A DNA stretch of 64,000 nt from an uncultured Gemmatimonadales bacterium (GCA_963729955.1 CAVSQA010000028.1:216755-280754), one strand, 5' to 3'; shown: positions 10,282 to 21,039, counted from the first letter of the stretch. The notes: a model not told the origin generated them from the sequence alone. Program-made: numbers and translations.

Positions 10282-12177
10282 CTATCGCAGATCGAACTCG
10301 AGCGTCGCGCTCGCGGCGCTCGTGCCACCGACCGCATCGCGCACTTCGAGCGTGAGGAGATAGTGACCGCGAGGCAATCGCCCGGGATCGACGACCAGGG
10401 TCTCGATGGTCGGATCGGTCGCCGCCTGCACGCGGCGGAACGCCACGCTGGTCACGCGACCGTGCGAGAGGAAGCTCAGCCATCCGTTCCTGGCGCGCTC
10501 GAACCGATAGATCGCGTCGTAGCGCGTCACCCCCGAATCGCGGCCGAGCCCGTACAGCTCCGCGTAGATCCGCAGCGCTCGCCCGGCCGGAAGCCGCAGC
10601 GCCGGCGGGGCGGCGGCCTCGAGCGTGTCTCGCGACGGCGGGACGTCGCCGGCGGCGAGGAGGAGACTCGATACAGCGAGCGAGTCGGTGCTGAAGCGCG
10701 TGATCGGGATCGAGCCGCGGAACCGGCCGATCTCGCCGCCGCGCTCTGCGTCGAGCGCGAGCACGTAGCGGCCCGGCGCCGCCACGAGATGCAGGGGACG
10801 GCCGGTGGCGGAGTCACGCGCGGCCTCGCGGCCGGCCGTGTCGTACAGCGCCGCCGTCGCGCTCACCCGATCGGGAATCAGCACGACCTCGGTGGTGCGC
10901 CCGATGCCACGCCGGAACTCGGCGGGCCAGAAGGCGAACCGGAGGTTGGCGGTGAGGCTGGGGCGATCGGTCCGCAGCAGATACCCGGCGGCCTCGGCCT
11001 CGCCGGCCACCACCGGCGTGACCACCTGATCTCCGCCGCCATCGGACGTGCGCCGCACGAACGTGACCTGGAGCTGTCCTTCGGGCAAATCGTAGCGCCA
11101 GGTCTCGGCGTCGTTGCTCCAGACGTAGCGCTCGTTCGGCGTTCCGTAGCGCACCAGGATGCGGCCGCGGTCGTCGAGGCCGTCCTCCAGGTTCAACGCC
11201 TGTGGCGTGGAATCGTCGAGCCGTGGCACGATCCCCGCGGCCACCGCGGGATCCCCCACCCGGGGCTGCCGGATCGAGGCGATCTCGGCGCGGAGAGCGC
11301 CCAGGTCCGCCGAACTCGATGGCGCGCCCACGCCGCCCTGCAGCGTGCGCCACAGGCGCGAGTGGTACCATCGGGACTGCGGGTGCAGCAGCGCGAACAC
11401 CTGATGCGCTTCCGCGAGACGCCGGAAGTGCTCGCCGATGCGCCGGTTCACCGAGTCGCGGATGTCGGGGTTGCGGCGAGCCCAGAAGAGGCGAAAGAAC
11501 GCCTCGCGGCTCTCCGGTGCCAACCGGCCGTACGCCCGGCGCTCCTCGGGCGTCGCGATGCTGCGGACCTGATGCCAGAGCAGGTTGCCGGTGTCGGCTT
11601 CCGCGCGGGCCAGCGCCTCGTCGTACACCCGCTCACCCTCGCCGTCGCGGCCCTGTTCGAAGCGGGTGCGCGCGAGCAGCGCGCGGGGCACGGGGTCGTT
11701 CGGTGACCCGCCGCGCAGCGAGTCGAGGAGCGCCACGGCGTCTCGATAGCGCCGCAACTCCACCAGGAGCTCCACACGCCTGAGGTCGACGGAGTACGAC
11801 CCCGCGTGGCGCGCCAGGGCGCGCACCATCTCGGTCCGCTCGCCGTCGCCCCGGTAGAGGGTGGTCCACAACGACCACGCGTCGCGGTAGTCGGGCGCCA
11901 GGGCGAGGACGTGCACCAGCCCGCGCCGGGCGATCGCCTCCCCGTCGTCGCCGCCGAGGGTCAGCCCCACCTGCGCGAGGTAGTAGAACGGCTCGGGATC
12001 CTGCGGGGCGAGCGCGCCGGCCCGCTCGAGGAGCGACTCCGCGCGATAGCGGCCGAACACGGGCCACTCGAGCCAGATCTTGCCCAGCAGGATCAGGGCC
12101 GCCGGATCGTCGGGGCGGTCCCGAGCCAGCCGCTCGGCGAGGACGCGCGCGGGCGGCAGCTGACCGGCCGCGAGCAA
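10282..12177 (-). CDS. TPR plus GWxTD-like domain protein (true start probably further upstream)
   Basis: TPR helices, FWARRNP and DDRGRILVRYGTP; a signal-like stretch continues in frame to about 12250. Confidence 0.7.
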   Translation of the reverse strand: MLAAGQLPPARVLAERLARDRPDDPAALILLGKIWLEWPVFGRYRAESLLERAGALAPQDPEPFYYLAQVGLTLGGDDGEAIARRGLVHVLALAPDYRDAWSLWTTLYRGDGERTEMVRALARHAGSYSVDLRRVELLVELRRYRDAVALLDSLRGGSPNDPVPRALLARTRFEQGRDGEGERVYDEALARAEADTGNLLWHQVRSIATPEERRAYGRLAPESREAFFRLFWARRNPDIRDSVNRRIGEHFRRLAEAHQVFALLHPQSRWYHSRLWRTLQGGVGAPSSSADLGALRAEIASIRQPRVGDPAVAAGIVPRLDDSTPQALNLEDGLDDRGRILVRYGTPNERYVWSNDAETWRYDLPEGQLQVTFVRRTSDGGGDQVVTPVVAGEAEAAGYLLRTDRPSLTANLRFAFWPAEFRRGIGRTTEVVLIPDRVSATAALYDTAGREAARDSATGRPLHLVAAPGRYVLALDAERGGEIGRFRGSIPITRFSTDSLAVSSLLLAAGDVPPSRDTLEAAAPPALRLPAGRALRIYAELYGLGRDSGVTRYDAIYRFERARNGWLSFLSHGRVTSVAFRRVQAATDPTIETLVVDPGRLPRGHYLLTLEVRDAVGGTSAASATLEFDLR

Positions 12178-12239
12178 CGACTCGGCTTGCGCGAGCGCCG
12201 GCCGGGTGGGCGCCTGTTGCAGCGCGAGGAGTGCGGCCG

Positions 12240-12734
12240 CTAGGGCGAGCGTGCCAGCACCTCCTCGATGACGGCGGCGTCCTCGGCGGTGTAGCCGTAC
12301 AGGGTCACGTCCACGGCGGTCCTGGCCTGCTCCGCCTCGCGGCCGACGCCGACCATGATTTCCACGGCGCGGCGGAAGGGGAAGCCGCCGATGCCCGTGC
12401 CCAGGATCGGGAACGCCACGTCACGGATCTGGTGAGCGGCGGCCAGCTCCAGGCTGGCCCGGGTCGCGTCGCGGATGCTGCGCTCGCTCACCGGCTCGTC
12501 ACCCATGACGGCGGCGTGGATGACGTAGCGGCACGGCAGGTCCCCGGCGCCCGTGAGCGCGGCCTCTCCGACCCGGATGGGGCCGTGGCGCTGGCATTCC
12601 GCCTGGATGGCGGGCCCGCCGCGCCGCCGGATGGCGCCGGCGACTCCCGCTCCCAGGATGAGATGGTTGTTGGCCGCGTTGACGATGGCGCCGCCGGCAT
12701 ACGTGGTGATGTCACCTCGCGCCGCGCGGATCAC
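12240..12734 (-). CDS. Macro domain protein (ADP-ribose binding, YmdB-like)
   Basis: GDIT, AIVNAAN, GVAGAI, VIHA, AFPILGTGIGGF. Confidence 0.92.
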   Translation of the reverse strand: MIRAARGDITTYAGGAIVNAANNHLILGAGVAGAIRRRGGPAIQAECQRHGPIRVGEAALTGAGDLPCRYVIHAAVMGDEPVSERSIRDATRASLELAAAHQIRDVAFPILGTGIGGFPFRRAVEIMVGVGREAEQARTAVDVTLYGYTAEDAAVIEEVLARSP

Positions 12735-12735
12735 G

Positions 12736-13569
12736 TCACGGCTCTTGCTTGAACCGCTTGCTCATCTCGTCGAGGAACCGCCGCTCCTGGGGAGTGAGGC
12801 TGGAGAGTCCGCCGGCCGAGATCTTGTCGAGGACACGATCCACCTCCTCGAGAGCCTTCGCATCGGCGCTCCGCCGGCGCCCACCGAACGGCCCCGACCG
12901 GCGAGCGGTCTGGACGGCCGATGGATGGACCAGGACGGCCGTGTCGGGAACGGCTGGGCCCCGGCGCCGCACGCTGCCCAGCACGGCGCCGCCCCGCAGG
13001 TACAGGAAGGCCGCCGCAAAACCGCCCAGGTGCGCCAGATGCGCGATTCCATCGTGCACCTGGAGCACCAGCGGCACGACGTTCACGGCGGCGAAGAACA
13101 GGATCAGCCACTTCGCCTTCACCGGGATCGGCAGCGGGAAGACGAAGATGGGCGCGTCGGGCCACTCCAACACGAAGGCCAGCATCACGCCGAACACCGC
13201 GGCGGAGGCGCCGATGATCACCGCGTCGCCCGCCAGCGGCAGGAGCGCCAGGCTCAGCGCGGCGCCGCCGAGGGCCGAGATCGCGTACAGCCGCGCGAAG
13301 CGCGCGCCGCCCAGGCGGTCCTCGACCATCGGGCCGAACATGAAGAGCGCCAGCATGTTGAAGAAGATGTGCAGGAAATCGTGGTGCAGAAATGCGTAGC
13401 TCAGCAGGCTCCACGGGTGAGCCAGCACGGCCGACGGCCTGAACCCGAACACCTCCACGAGCCACGGGCTCGTGAAGATCGTGAGCTGGAGCAGGTACAC
13501 GATGCCGTTGGCGACCAGCAGTCGCCGCACCCAGCGACTCAGGAAGAACGGCGACCCGTCGTAGCTCAT
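12736..13569 (-). CDS. Rhomboid family intramembrane serine protease
   Basis: HIFFNM, GASAAV, AHLGG; C-terminal VDRVLDKIS domain. Confidence 0.9.
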   Translation of the reverse strand: MSYDGSPFFLSRWVRRLLVANGIVYLLQLTIFTSPWLVEVFGFRPSAVLAHPWSLLSYAFLHHDFLHIFFNMLALFMFGPMVEDRLGGARFARLYAISALGGAALSLALLPLAGDAVIIGASAAVFGVMLAFVLEWPDAPIFVFPLPIPVKAKWLILFFAAVNVVPLVLQVHDGIAHLAHLGGFAAAFLYLRGGAVLGSVRRRGPAVPDTAVLVHPSAVQTARRSGPFGGRRRSADAKALEEVDRVLDKISAGGLSSLTPQERRFLDEMSKRFKQEP

Positions 13570-13594
13570 ACGCTCAATCGAGGTATCCCGCGCC

Positions 13595-14611
13595 CTACCG
13601 CTTTGTTCCGCGGCGCGCGAGGGCCAGCCGACACACCGTTTCGGTGAAGGCCGGGAAGCCAAGGCCGGCGACCCGGGCCGCCTTGGGGATGAGGCTGTTC
13701 GCGGTCATCCCGGGCAGGGTGTTCGCCTCGAGGAAGAGGAGCTCGCCGCCCTCGGCCACGCGGAAGTCGATCCGACTGTACCCGGCGAGCTTGAGGCCGC
13801 GATGGGCGCGCCGCGCGGCGTCCTGGGTGCGCGCGGCCAGGCCCGGGTCGATGGGCGCGGGACAGATCTCTTCCGCCATCCCGGGCTGGTACTTGCACTC
13901 GTAGTCGAACATCTCGTGCTGCGGCCGGATCTCGATGACCGGCAACGCGTCGTCGCCCAGGATGCCGACCGTGAGCTCCGGCCCCTCGACGTACCGTTCC
14001 ACCATCACCTCGTCGTCGAAGCGCGCCGCCAGGGCGAGCGCCGCCGCCAGGTCCGGCCCGCGCTTGACCAGGGAGAGACCGACGGACGAGCCCTGCTTGG
14101 ACGGCTTGACGACGCACGGGTATCCGACGGCCCGCTGGACCTCCGCGGCGGTGACGGGGCCCATCACCCACGCGGGGACGGCGAGGCCGTTGTCCCGCAC
14201 GATGCGCTTCGCGAGGTCCTTGTCCATCGCGAGGGCCGACGCCAGGCGCCCGCTGCCCGTGTAGGGCACGCCGATGACGTCGAGGACCGCCTGGACCGTG
14301 CCGTCCTCGCCCTGGCCGCCGTGCAGGGCGATGAAGACGACGTCGGCTTCGCGGATGGCGGGCACCTCGCCGAGACCGGCCGACAGCATGCCCCGCTCCA
14401 GCTCCTTGAGCCGCTCGAGCGGCGGCGGCTCGCGGCCCACGCCGCCCGGCAGCAGCGCGGTCTCGTGCTCGGGAGGCACGAAGCCGGACGCGAGGTCGAC
14501 CACGTCGACGCTGTGGTGGAGGGAGCGCAGCGCCGCCGCGATCTGGAGCCCGGAGGCCAGCGCGACGTCGCGCTCGGCCGAGGTCCCGCCGGTCAGGACG
14601 GCGACCTTCAC
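13595..14611 (-). CDS. ddl: D-alanine--D-alanine ligase
   Basis: GGTSAERDV, ALHGGQGEDG, GSSVG, EANTLPGMT; GTG at 14611. Confidence 0.93.
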   Translation of the reverse strand: MKVAVLTGGTSAERDVALASGLQIAAALRSLHHSVDVVDLASGFVPPEHETALLPGGVGREPPPLERLKELERGMLSAGLGEVPAIREADVVFIALHGGQGEDGTVQAVLDVIGVPYTGSGRLASALAMDKDLAKRIVRDNGLAVPAWVMGPVTAAEVQRAVGYPCVVKPSKQGSSVGLSLVKRGPDLAAALALAARFDDEVMVERYVEGPELTVGILGDDALPVIEIRPQHEMFDYECKYQPGMAEEICPAPIDPGLAARTQDAARRAHRGLKLAGYSRIDFRVAEGGELLFLEANTLPGMTANSLIPKAARVAGLGFPAFTETVCRLALARRGTKR

Positions 14612-15993
14612 CGGATCCCCGCGACCTGGCGCAGCACGTCGTAGCGCGTCACGAGGCCGATCAACCTGCCGTCCTTGCGAACCAGCGCCGCCTGGGTCTC
14701 GTGCGACAGCAGCGTGTTGAGGCGCTCGAAGGGCAGCGCGGCGTCCACGACGGGGAAGGGCGGCTGCATCACCTCGCCGACGGACCGCTCGAGCAGCTTG
14801 GCGTCGCCGAGGGCGCGCGCGATCACCGGCCCCTCCGTGACCGAGCCGACGCTGTCGTCCCCCGCGATCACCGGGACCTGAGAGATGCCGTAGGTGCTCA
14901 TGAGGTTCAGCGCCTGGCGCACGCTCGCCGATGGGGCGACCGACACCAGCGGCGGGATCTGGGCGGGGCGCTGGGTCATCAGCGATTCGACGGTGACGGA
15001 CTCCGCGTCCAGCATCTGGTTCTCGCGCATCCACGCGTCGTCGTAGAGCTTGGACAGGTAGCGCTCTCCGGTATCGCACAGCACGGTCACGACCAGGGCC
15101 TCCGGGTCGTCGAGCCGCCGGGCGAGCCCGAGCGCGACGTGGGCATTGAGGCCGCTCGACCCACCCACGAAGAGCCCTTCCTCGCGCGTCAGGCGGCGCG
15201 CCATCCGGAACGCGTCGCGATCGCTGACGGCGACGAACTCGTCCACCACGTCGAAGTGGAGCGACGTCGGGATCTTGTCGCCCCCGACCCCTTCCACCTT
15301 GTAGGGAAACCCCTCGCCCTTCTGGTGCGACGCCGCGTATTCGGCGTAGATCGAGCCCACCGGGTCGGGCGCGATCACCCGGATGCGCGGGTTGCGCTCC
15401 TTCAGGTAGCGGCCCACGCCGGAGACCGTGCCGCCCGTCCCCGGCGAGCACACGAAATGGGTCACGCGCCCGTCGGTCTGCTCCCAGATCTCGGGGCCGG
15501 TGGTGCGATAGTGGGCGTCCGGGTTGACCGGGTTGAAGTGCTGGTCCGCCAGCACGGCGCCGGGCGTGGCGGCCACGATCGCCTTGGCCTTCTGGATGTA
15601 GTACTCCGGATGGTCGGGCGGCACGGCGGTGGGCACCACGACCACCTCGGCCCCGAACGCGCGGAGCAGGCGGATCTTCTCGACCGACATCTTGTCGGGA
15701 ATCGTGAAGATGCAGCGGTAGCCCTTGATCGACGCGGCGATCGCGAGGCCCACGCCGGTGTTGCCGCTGGTGCCCTCCACGATCACGCCGCCGGGCTTCA
15801 GCGCGCCGCTCCGCTCGGCGGCTTCGATGATGGCGAGGCCGATGCGATCCTTGACGGAGCCGCCCGGGTTCAGCTGCTCCGCCTTGGCGAGCAGCGGCGT
15901 GCGAAGGCCGCGCGCGATCCGGCTCAGGCGGATCATCGGCGTCCGCCCGATGGCTTCGAGCACGCTGTCGAGGGGCGTGTTGCCCGCGCTCAT
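14608..15993 (-). CDS. cbs: Cystathionine beta-synthase (PLP domain plus CBS pair)
   Basis: NPGGSVKDR, TSGNTG, GTGGT; C-terminal CBS domains. Confidence 0.9.
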   Translation of the reverse strand: MSAGNTPLDSVLEAIGRTPMIRLSRIARGLRTPLLAKAEQLNPGGSVKDRIGLAIIEAAERSGALKPGGVIVEGTSGNTGVGLAIAASIKGYRCIFTIPDKMSVEKIRLLRAFGAEVVVVPTAVPPDHPEYYIQKAKAIVAATPGAVLADQHFNPVNPDAHYRTTGPEIWEQTDGRVTHFVCSPGTGGTVSGVGRYLKERNPRIRVIAPDPVGSIYAEYAASHQKGEGFPYKVEGVGGDKIPTSLHFDVVDEFVAVSDRDAFRMARRLTREEGLFVGGSSGLNAHVALGLARRLDDPEALVVTVLCDTGERYLSKLYDDAWMRENQMLDAESVTVESLMTQRPAQIPPLVSVAPSASVRQALNLMSTYGISQVPVIAGDDSVGSVTEGPVIARALGDAKLLERSVGEVMQPPFPVVDAALPFERLNTLLSHETQAALVRKDGRLIGLVTRYDVLRQVAGIR

Positions 15994-16447
15994 GGTCGTG
16001 GCTGCCCCGCCGGCTCGGGGTTGCGGCGGAACACGACCGGCTGGTAGAAGGCTATCCCTACCGGCTGGCCGTTGCGGTGGGCGGGCGCGAACTGCAGCAG
16101 CGCGGCACCCCGCACCGCGGCGGAATCCAGTCCGGGCGTTCCCGACGACGACGCGACGCGGATGGACTCGGGCTGGACCCGGCCCGCCGAGTCCACGTAC
16201 AGGCGCAACCGCACCTCACCCTCGACGCCCTGGTTGTAGAGCCGCGGCGGGTACTGGAAGGGCGATCCGCTGTTGACGGCGACCGGCACGTCGTTCTCCG
16301 TCGTGGCCGCCGCCGCGGCGCCGCTTCCCGGCCGCGGCAGGCGGCCAGCACCGGGAACAGGATCGCCCCGACGCCCAGCCGCACCACCACGGAGATGGTG
16401 AGGCGGGGTCGCGGGGTCGCGCCATCGTGGCCGTGCGCGCGCATCAC
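15990..16447 (-). CDS. TonB family protein (apparent frameshift near 16320)
   Basis: TonB C-terminal motifs YPP...GVEGEVRL...SSG..LDSAA...FAPA; TM/lipobox N-terminus lies in another frame. Confidence 0.75.
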
Positions 16448-18999
16448 CGCTCCTTTCGCGCCCGTCGCTGCAGGTCCGCCAGGCGGGACAGCGCATCCCG
16501 GGGCGTGAGTCCGTCGACGTCCAGTGCGCGGAGATCGGCGAGCACCGGATCGTCGGTCGGCGTGAACAGGGCCAACTGGTCGGCGGGCGTCGACGCGGCG
16601 GCCACGCGGTGCCCGGCCTCCAGCGTCTTCAGGACCGCGCCTGCCCGTTCGAGCACCTCGGGCGGCAGCCCGGCCAACCGCCCGACGTGGATGCCGTAGG
16701 AGCGGTCGGCGCCGCCCGGGCGCAACCGGTGGAGGAAGATCACCTCGTCCCCGGACTCGTGCACCGCGACGTTGAAGTTGACGATGCGGGCATACCGCTC
16801 CGCGAGCTGGGTGAGCTCGTGGTAGTGGGTGGCGAACACGGCCTTGCAGCCGACGCGCTCGTGCAGGTACTCGGCCACCGCCCAGGCGATGGCCACCCCG
16901 TCGTACGTCGACGTGCCGCGTCCGATCTCGTCGAGCAGGACCAGGCTCCTGCGCGTGGCGTTGTGGAGGATGGACGCCGTCTCGCTCATCTCCACCAGAA
17001 ACGTGCTCTGGCCGCGCGCCAGGTCGTCGCTCGCGCCGACGCGCGTGAACAGCCGGTCCACCACGCCGATGCGGGCCGCCCGCGCGGGCACGAACGACCC
17101 GGCCTGGGCCAGCAGCACCAGGAGCGCGACCTGCCGGAGCACGGTGCTCTTTCCCGCCATGTTGGGACCCGTGACGATCATGATCTGGTGCTCGGCGTCG
17201 AGGCGGACGTCGTTGGGAATGAACGCCTCGCGCGGCATCACGCGCTCCACCACCGGGTGGCGGCCCGCCTCGATCTCGAGCGCCGAGCCGTCGCCGACCT
17301 CGGGCCGCGTGTAGCCGTTGCGCGCCGCCACCTCGGCCAGCGAGGCCAGCGTATCCGCCGCCGCCACCCGCGCGGCCGTGTCCTGGATCCGACCAATCGC
17401 CGCGCCGACGGTATCGCGCAGCTCCGCGAAGAGGCGCTCCTCGAGTCGCGCGATCTCCTCCTCCGCGCTGAGGACCTTGGCCTCGTACGCCTTGAGCTCG
17501 GGCGTCACGTAGCGCTCGGCGCCGGTCAGCGTCTGGCGGCGCTCGTAGTCGGCGGGCACCGCATCCTGGTTGGCGCGGGTGATCTCGATGTAGTACCCGA
17601 ACACCTTGTTGTAGCCGACCTTCAACGACCCGATGCCGGTGCGCGCCCGCTCCCGGGACTGCAGCGACGCGATGTAGGAGCGGCCGCCGTCGCGGAGCGT
17701 GCGGAGCTCGTCCAGGGCCGGCGCGTGGCCGGGGCGGATGGTGTCGCCGTCGCCGAGCGCCGGCGGCAGGTGATCGACGAGGGCTGCGGCCAGGCCGCGG
17801 GCGAGGTCGTCCAGGATGTCGAAGCCGGCGCCGAGGGCGTACAGGTCGCCCACCAGCGCGAGCAGCCGAGGGAGTCGCTGCACGGAGTCGCGCATCGCGC
17901 CGAGGTCGCGCGGCGTGGCACGTCGCGCCGCCGTCTTGGCGCCCAGCCGCTCGAGATCACGCACCCCGTCCAGGGCCTCGCGCAGCCCCGAACGGCGCGG
18001 CTCGTCGGCCAGCAGGGTGCCCACGGCGTCGTGGCGCGCCGCGATGGCCGCCGGGTCGGTCAGGGGAGCCAGCAGCCAGCGGCGCAGCAACCGCGCGCCC
18101 ATCGGCGTCATCGTGTGGTCGAGAACGGCGAGCAAGGTTGCCTGCTCGCCGCCCGGACGCAGCGGCTCCACCAGCTCGAGGTTGCGGCGGGTCATCGCGT
18201 CGAGGTAGAGCCTCCCCTCGGCGCGGCGGGCCGCCGGGCGGCGCAGTTGCGGCAGTCCACCCGGCTGCAGATCGCCGAGGTAGCGGAGCAGCGCCCCCGC
18301 CGCGCCCACCGCGAGGGCGTCCTCGGCGCCCAGACCCAGTCCGTCGAGCGACGCGAGGCCGAAGCGGCGGGTGAGGTCCTCGCCCGCGAGCACCGGATCG
18401 AACTCCCACGGCTCGCGTCGCGTCACCAGCGATCCGGCCGGCGCGAGGGCGGCGGCTCCCTCGGGGACCACGACTTCCGAAGGACTGTAGCGCTGCAGCG
18501 CCGCCTCGAGCGCGGACGATTCCACGCTCTCCAACACGAATTCGCCCGTCGAGAGGTCGGCCGCCGCGAATCCGGCGCGCGCTCCCTCGGTCACCAGCGC
18601 GACCAGGAACGTGTTGCGCCGCTCTTCGAGCAGGTCGTCGGCCATCACGGCCCCGGGCGTCACGACCTCGATCACCTCGCGCCGCACGATGCCCTTGGCG
18701 AGCTTTGGGTCCTCCACCTGTTCGCAGATGGCCACCCGGAAGCCGCGCTCGACCAGGCGCTTGATGTACGCCGAGGCGGCCTTGACCGGCACGCCGGCGA
18801 GCGGGGTCTCGGCCGCGGCGCCGTTGTTGCGCGAGGTGAGGGTGAGGCCCAGGGTGCGCGCCGCCACCTCCGCGTCGTCCTCGAACATCTCGTAGAAGTC
18901 GCCCATCCGAAACATCAGAATGGCGTCGCGGTGCCGCGCCTTGATCTCGCGGTACTGCTGCATGAGCGGCGTCGAGACGTCGAGGCCGGGAAGGCTCAC
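16444..18999 (-). CDS. mutS: DNA mismatch repair protein MutS
   Basis: TPLMQQY, FRMGDFYEMF, TGPNMAGKST, DEIGRGTST, SYGIHV. Confidence 0.97.
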   Translation of the reverse strand: MSLPGLDVSTPLMQQYREIKARHRDAILMFRMGDFYEMFEDDAEVAARTLGLTLTSRNNGAAAETPLAGVPVKAASAYIKRLVERGFRVAICEQVEDPKLAKGIVRREVIEVVTPGAVMADDLLEERRNTFLVALVTEGARAGFAAADLSTGEFVLESVESSALEAALQRYSPSEVVVPEGAAALAPAGSLVTRREPWEFDPVLAGEDLTRRFGLASLDGLGLGAEDALAVGAAGALLRYLGDLQPGGLPQLRRPAARRAEGRLYLDAMTRRNLELVEPLRPGGEQATLLAVLDHTMTPMGARLLRRWLLAPLTDPAAIAARHDAVGTLLADEPRRSGLREALDGVRDLERLGAKTAARRATPRDLGAMRDSVQRLPRLLALVGDLYALGAGFDILDDLARGLAAALVDHLPPALGDGDTIRPGHAPALDELRTLRDGGRSYIASLQSRERARTGIGSLKVGYNKVFGYYIEITRANQDAVPADYERRQTLTGAERYVTPELKAYEAKVLSAEEEIARLEERLFAELRDTVGAAIGRIQDTAARVAAADTLASLAEVAARNGYTRPEVGDGSALEIEAGRHPVVERVMPREAFIPNDVRLDAEHQIMIVTGPNMAGKSTVLRQVALLVLLAQAGSFVPARAARIGVVDRLFTRVGASDDLARGQSTFLVEMSETASILHNATRRSLVLLDEIGRGTSTYDGVAIAWAVAEYLHERVGCKAVFATHYHELTQLAERYARIVNFNVAVHESGDEVIFLHRLRPGGADRSYGIHVGRLAGLPPEVLERAGAVLKTLEAGHRVAAASTPADQLALFTPTDDPVLADLRALDVDGLTPRDALSRLADLQRRARKER

Positions 19000-19931
19000 G
19001 GCACGGGTATGACGAAGGGGTGTCCGCCGAGCGCCTTCTCGATCCGGGCCGCTGCGGCGACGGCCTCGCGCTCGGTCGGGTACGGCCCCGCCCGCACGCG
19101 CAGGTATCCGTCGGCGCCCTTCACGACGCGCGCGTGCTCTCCGACGCGCGTCACGCGGGCGAGCACCGCCTGCGCCGCGCCGCTCGTGCGGGTCGCGGTG
19201 ACCTGCACCTCGTACTGCGCGGCCGGGCGTGGGATCGGCGCGGCCGTGGATTCCGCCCGGGCGGTGTCGCCAGGCCCCCTGGCCGCGGGCGGCGCGGCCG
19301 CATGCGCGGAGTCGGCCCGCGGCGCGACGGCCACGGTGCCGCACCGGCTGCGGTAGAAGCTGACCTGATTGAGAAACTCGACGTCGGCGGCGGATTCGTT
19401 GCGCGCCGAATCGAGCAGGGCGCAGGCCGAGACCGGGTCGCCGACGTCGAACGCGGCCCGCCCTGCCCACAGGGCCGCCTGCGCCCGGAGCGTGCTCGTC
19501 GGATAGTCGTTGCGGAGGCGCTCGGCCAACTGTAGTGCGCCCGGGCTGTTGCCCGCCGCCATCGCCAGCTGCGCGAGCTGGAGCAGGGCCTGGTCGGCCC
19601 AGCGAGAGGTCGAGTACTCGATGGCCACGCGCCGCAGGTCGCGCTCCGCGCTGTCGCCGGACTGCGCGAGCCGCCCGCGCCAGTACAAGGCTTCCACGTA
19701 GGCCGGATCACCCGGCTTGGCCTTCGCCATCTCCAGCGCCACGATGCGCCGCGCCGAGTCTCCGCGCCCTTCGGCGGCCAGCTGCACCGCGTTGCGCAGG
19801 GCGGGGTTGTCCTGGGCCGCGCACGGCCGCACCGCCGCCCCAAGCCACAGAAGCCCGGCCAGGCGCCACAGCGCCCGCCGGAACACCCGGCGTGCATCGA
19901 CGCGTCCGTGCGGAGGTGCCGCTCTTCTCAT
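18996..19931 (-). CDS. TPR plus SPOR domain protein
   Basis: Signal peptide, TPR helices, C-terminal YEVQV...RVRAGPY SPOR pattern. Confidence 0.75.
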   Translation of the reverse strand: MRRAAPPHGRVDARRVFRRALWRLAGLLWLGAAVRPCAAQDNPALRNAVQLAAEGRGDSARRIVALEMAKAKPGDPAYVEALYWRGRLAQSGDSAERDLRRVAIEYSTSRWADQALLQLAQLAMAAGNSPGALQLAERLRNDYPTSTLRAQAALWAGRAAFDVGDPVSACALLDSARNESAADVEFLNQVSFYRSRCGTVAVAPRADSAHAAAPPAARGPGDTARAESTAAPIPRPAAQYEVQVTATRTSGAAQAVLARVTRVGEHARVVKGADGYLRVRAGPYPTEREAVAAAARIEKALGGHPFVIPVP

Positions 19932-20992
19932 GCCGCCGTCTGCTCCCCGACGCCGAGCGACAACACCGCTTCGGCGACGATCTCGCCTTCCCCGGACACG
20001 GCGGTGCTCTTGAGCCGCGTGTCGGCCCTGAGCAGGGCGGCCAGCCCCCGGTCCAGGTCCGTGGCTGTCCACTGAGCCGCGTCGCCGACCCATCGCGCGG
20101 CTTCGTCGCCCCAGTTTCTCAGGCCGGACGGCCGCGCCGCCTGAATGGTCCTGAACACCCGATCCCGGATGGCGGTCCGGGACTCGCCGGCGTCGAGATG
20201 GGACCGCGCGAGGGCGAGCCCGATCAGCGCCGTGCCGAGCGAAGAAACGAGCCGGACACCGGTGTTGCCCGGGCCGGCGAGCAGCCGCGGGACCATCGCC
20301 GCCGCGTCCGCAAAGCGCCGCCCGGTCACCGCGTCCACGAAGTCACCGGCCGTCTCGCCATGGCGCACCCCCACCAGGTCCGCTACGTCGGCGATCGTCA
20401 CCGCCCGGCCCTGGACGGCGGCGGCCAGCTTCCCCAGCTCCGCCGCCAACTGCGGAAGGTCATCGCCCACCGCCTCCTGAAGCAGCCGCGCCGCGTCGTC
20501 CTCGAGGGCGAGGTCCCCTTCCTTGGCGCGATGATGGATCCACTTGAGGACCCTGGCCGGTTCCAGGATCTCGAAGTCCACCGCGTAGCCGTTGCGCTCC
20601 AGCTCCGGGTCCGGCTTCTCGCCCGCCGATTGCAGCAGCAGCAGCACCGTCTGTGGAGACGGCCGCGCGACATAACCCGCGACGGCGGCCCGCAGCGACT
20701 GCTGCTTGGGCCGCCGCTGCTGCAGGCACTCCACTTCCGTGAGAACCACGCAGCGCCGCGCCGCCAGCATGGGCGGAGTCTCGACCAGGGACCGGAACTG
20801 ATCGGCCGAAAGCTCGGGGGCGCGGCGCCGATCCAGGTTGAAGTCGCGCGTCGAGGCCTCGACGGCCAACCCCATGATCCGGCGCACCGCGTCGTCCTTC
20901 AGCAGTTCTTCGTCGCCGAAGAAGTAGTAGACGGGCTGGACCTCGCCCTTGGCGAGGGATCGCTGCAACGCATCGAATGACCGGCCCGGCAT
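19928..20992 (-). CDS. holA: DNA polymerase III delta subunit
   Basis: PVYYFFGDEELL, DFNLD, TPPMLAARRCVV, ELGKL. Confidence 0.9.
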   Translation of the reverse strand: MPGRSFDALQRSLAKGEVQPVYYFFGDEELLKDDAVRRIMGLAVEASTRDFNLDRRRAPELSADQFRSLVETPPMLAARRCVVLTEVECLQQRRPKQQSLRAAVAGYVARPSPQTVLLLLQSAGEKPDPELERNGYAVDFEILEPARVLKWIHHRAKEGDLALEDDAARLLQEAVGDDLPQLAAELGKLAAAVQGRAVTIADVADLVGVRHGETAGDFVDAVTGRRFADAAAMVPRLLAGPGNTGVRLVSSLGTALIGLALARSHLDAGESRTAIRDRVFRTIQAARPSGLRNWGDEAARWVGDAAQWTATDLDRGLAALLRADTRLKSTAVSGEGEIVAEAVLSLGVGEQTAA

Positions 20993-21039
20993 CGGGCGCA
21001 ACTTAGCCCGAAAGCGGGTGACGCAAAAGCCTGCGGGTG

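Noticed and set aside
16609-19356. Long antisense ORFs (e.g. 16609-19356, 32444-35215, 21122-23122, 5035-6585)
   Set aside because: Shadow ORFs expected in high-GC DNA opposite well-supported genes
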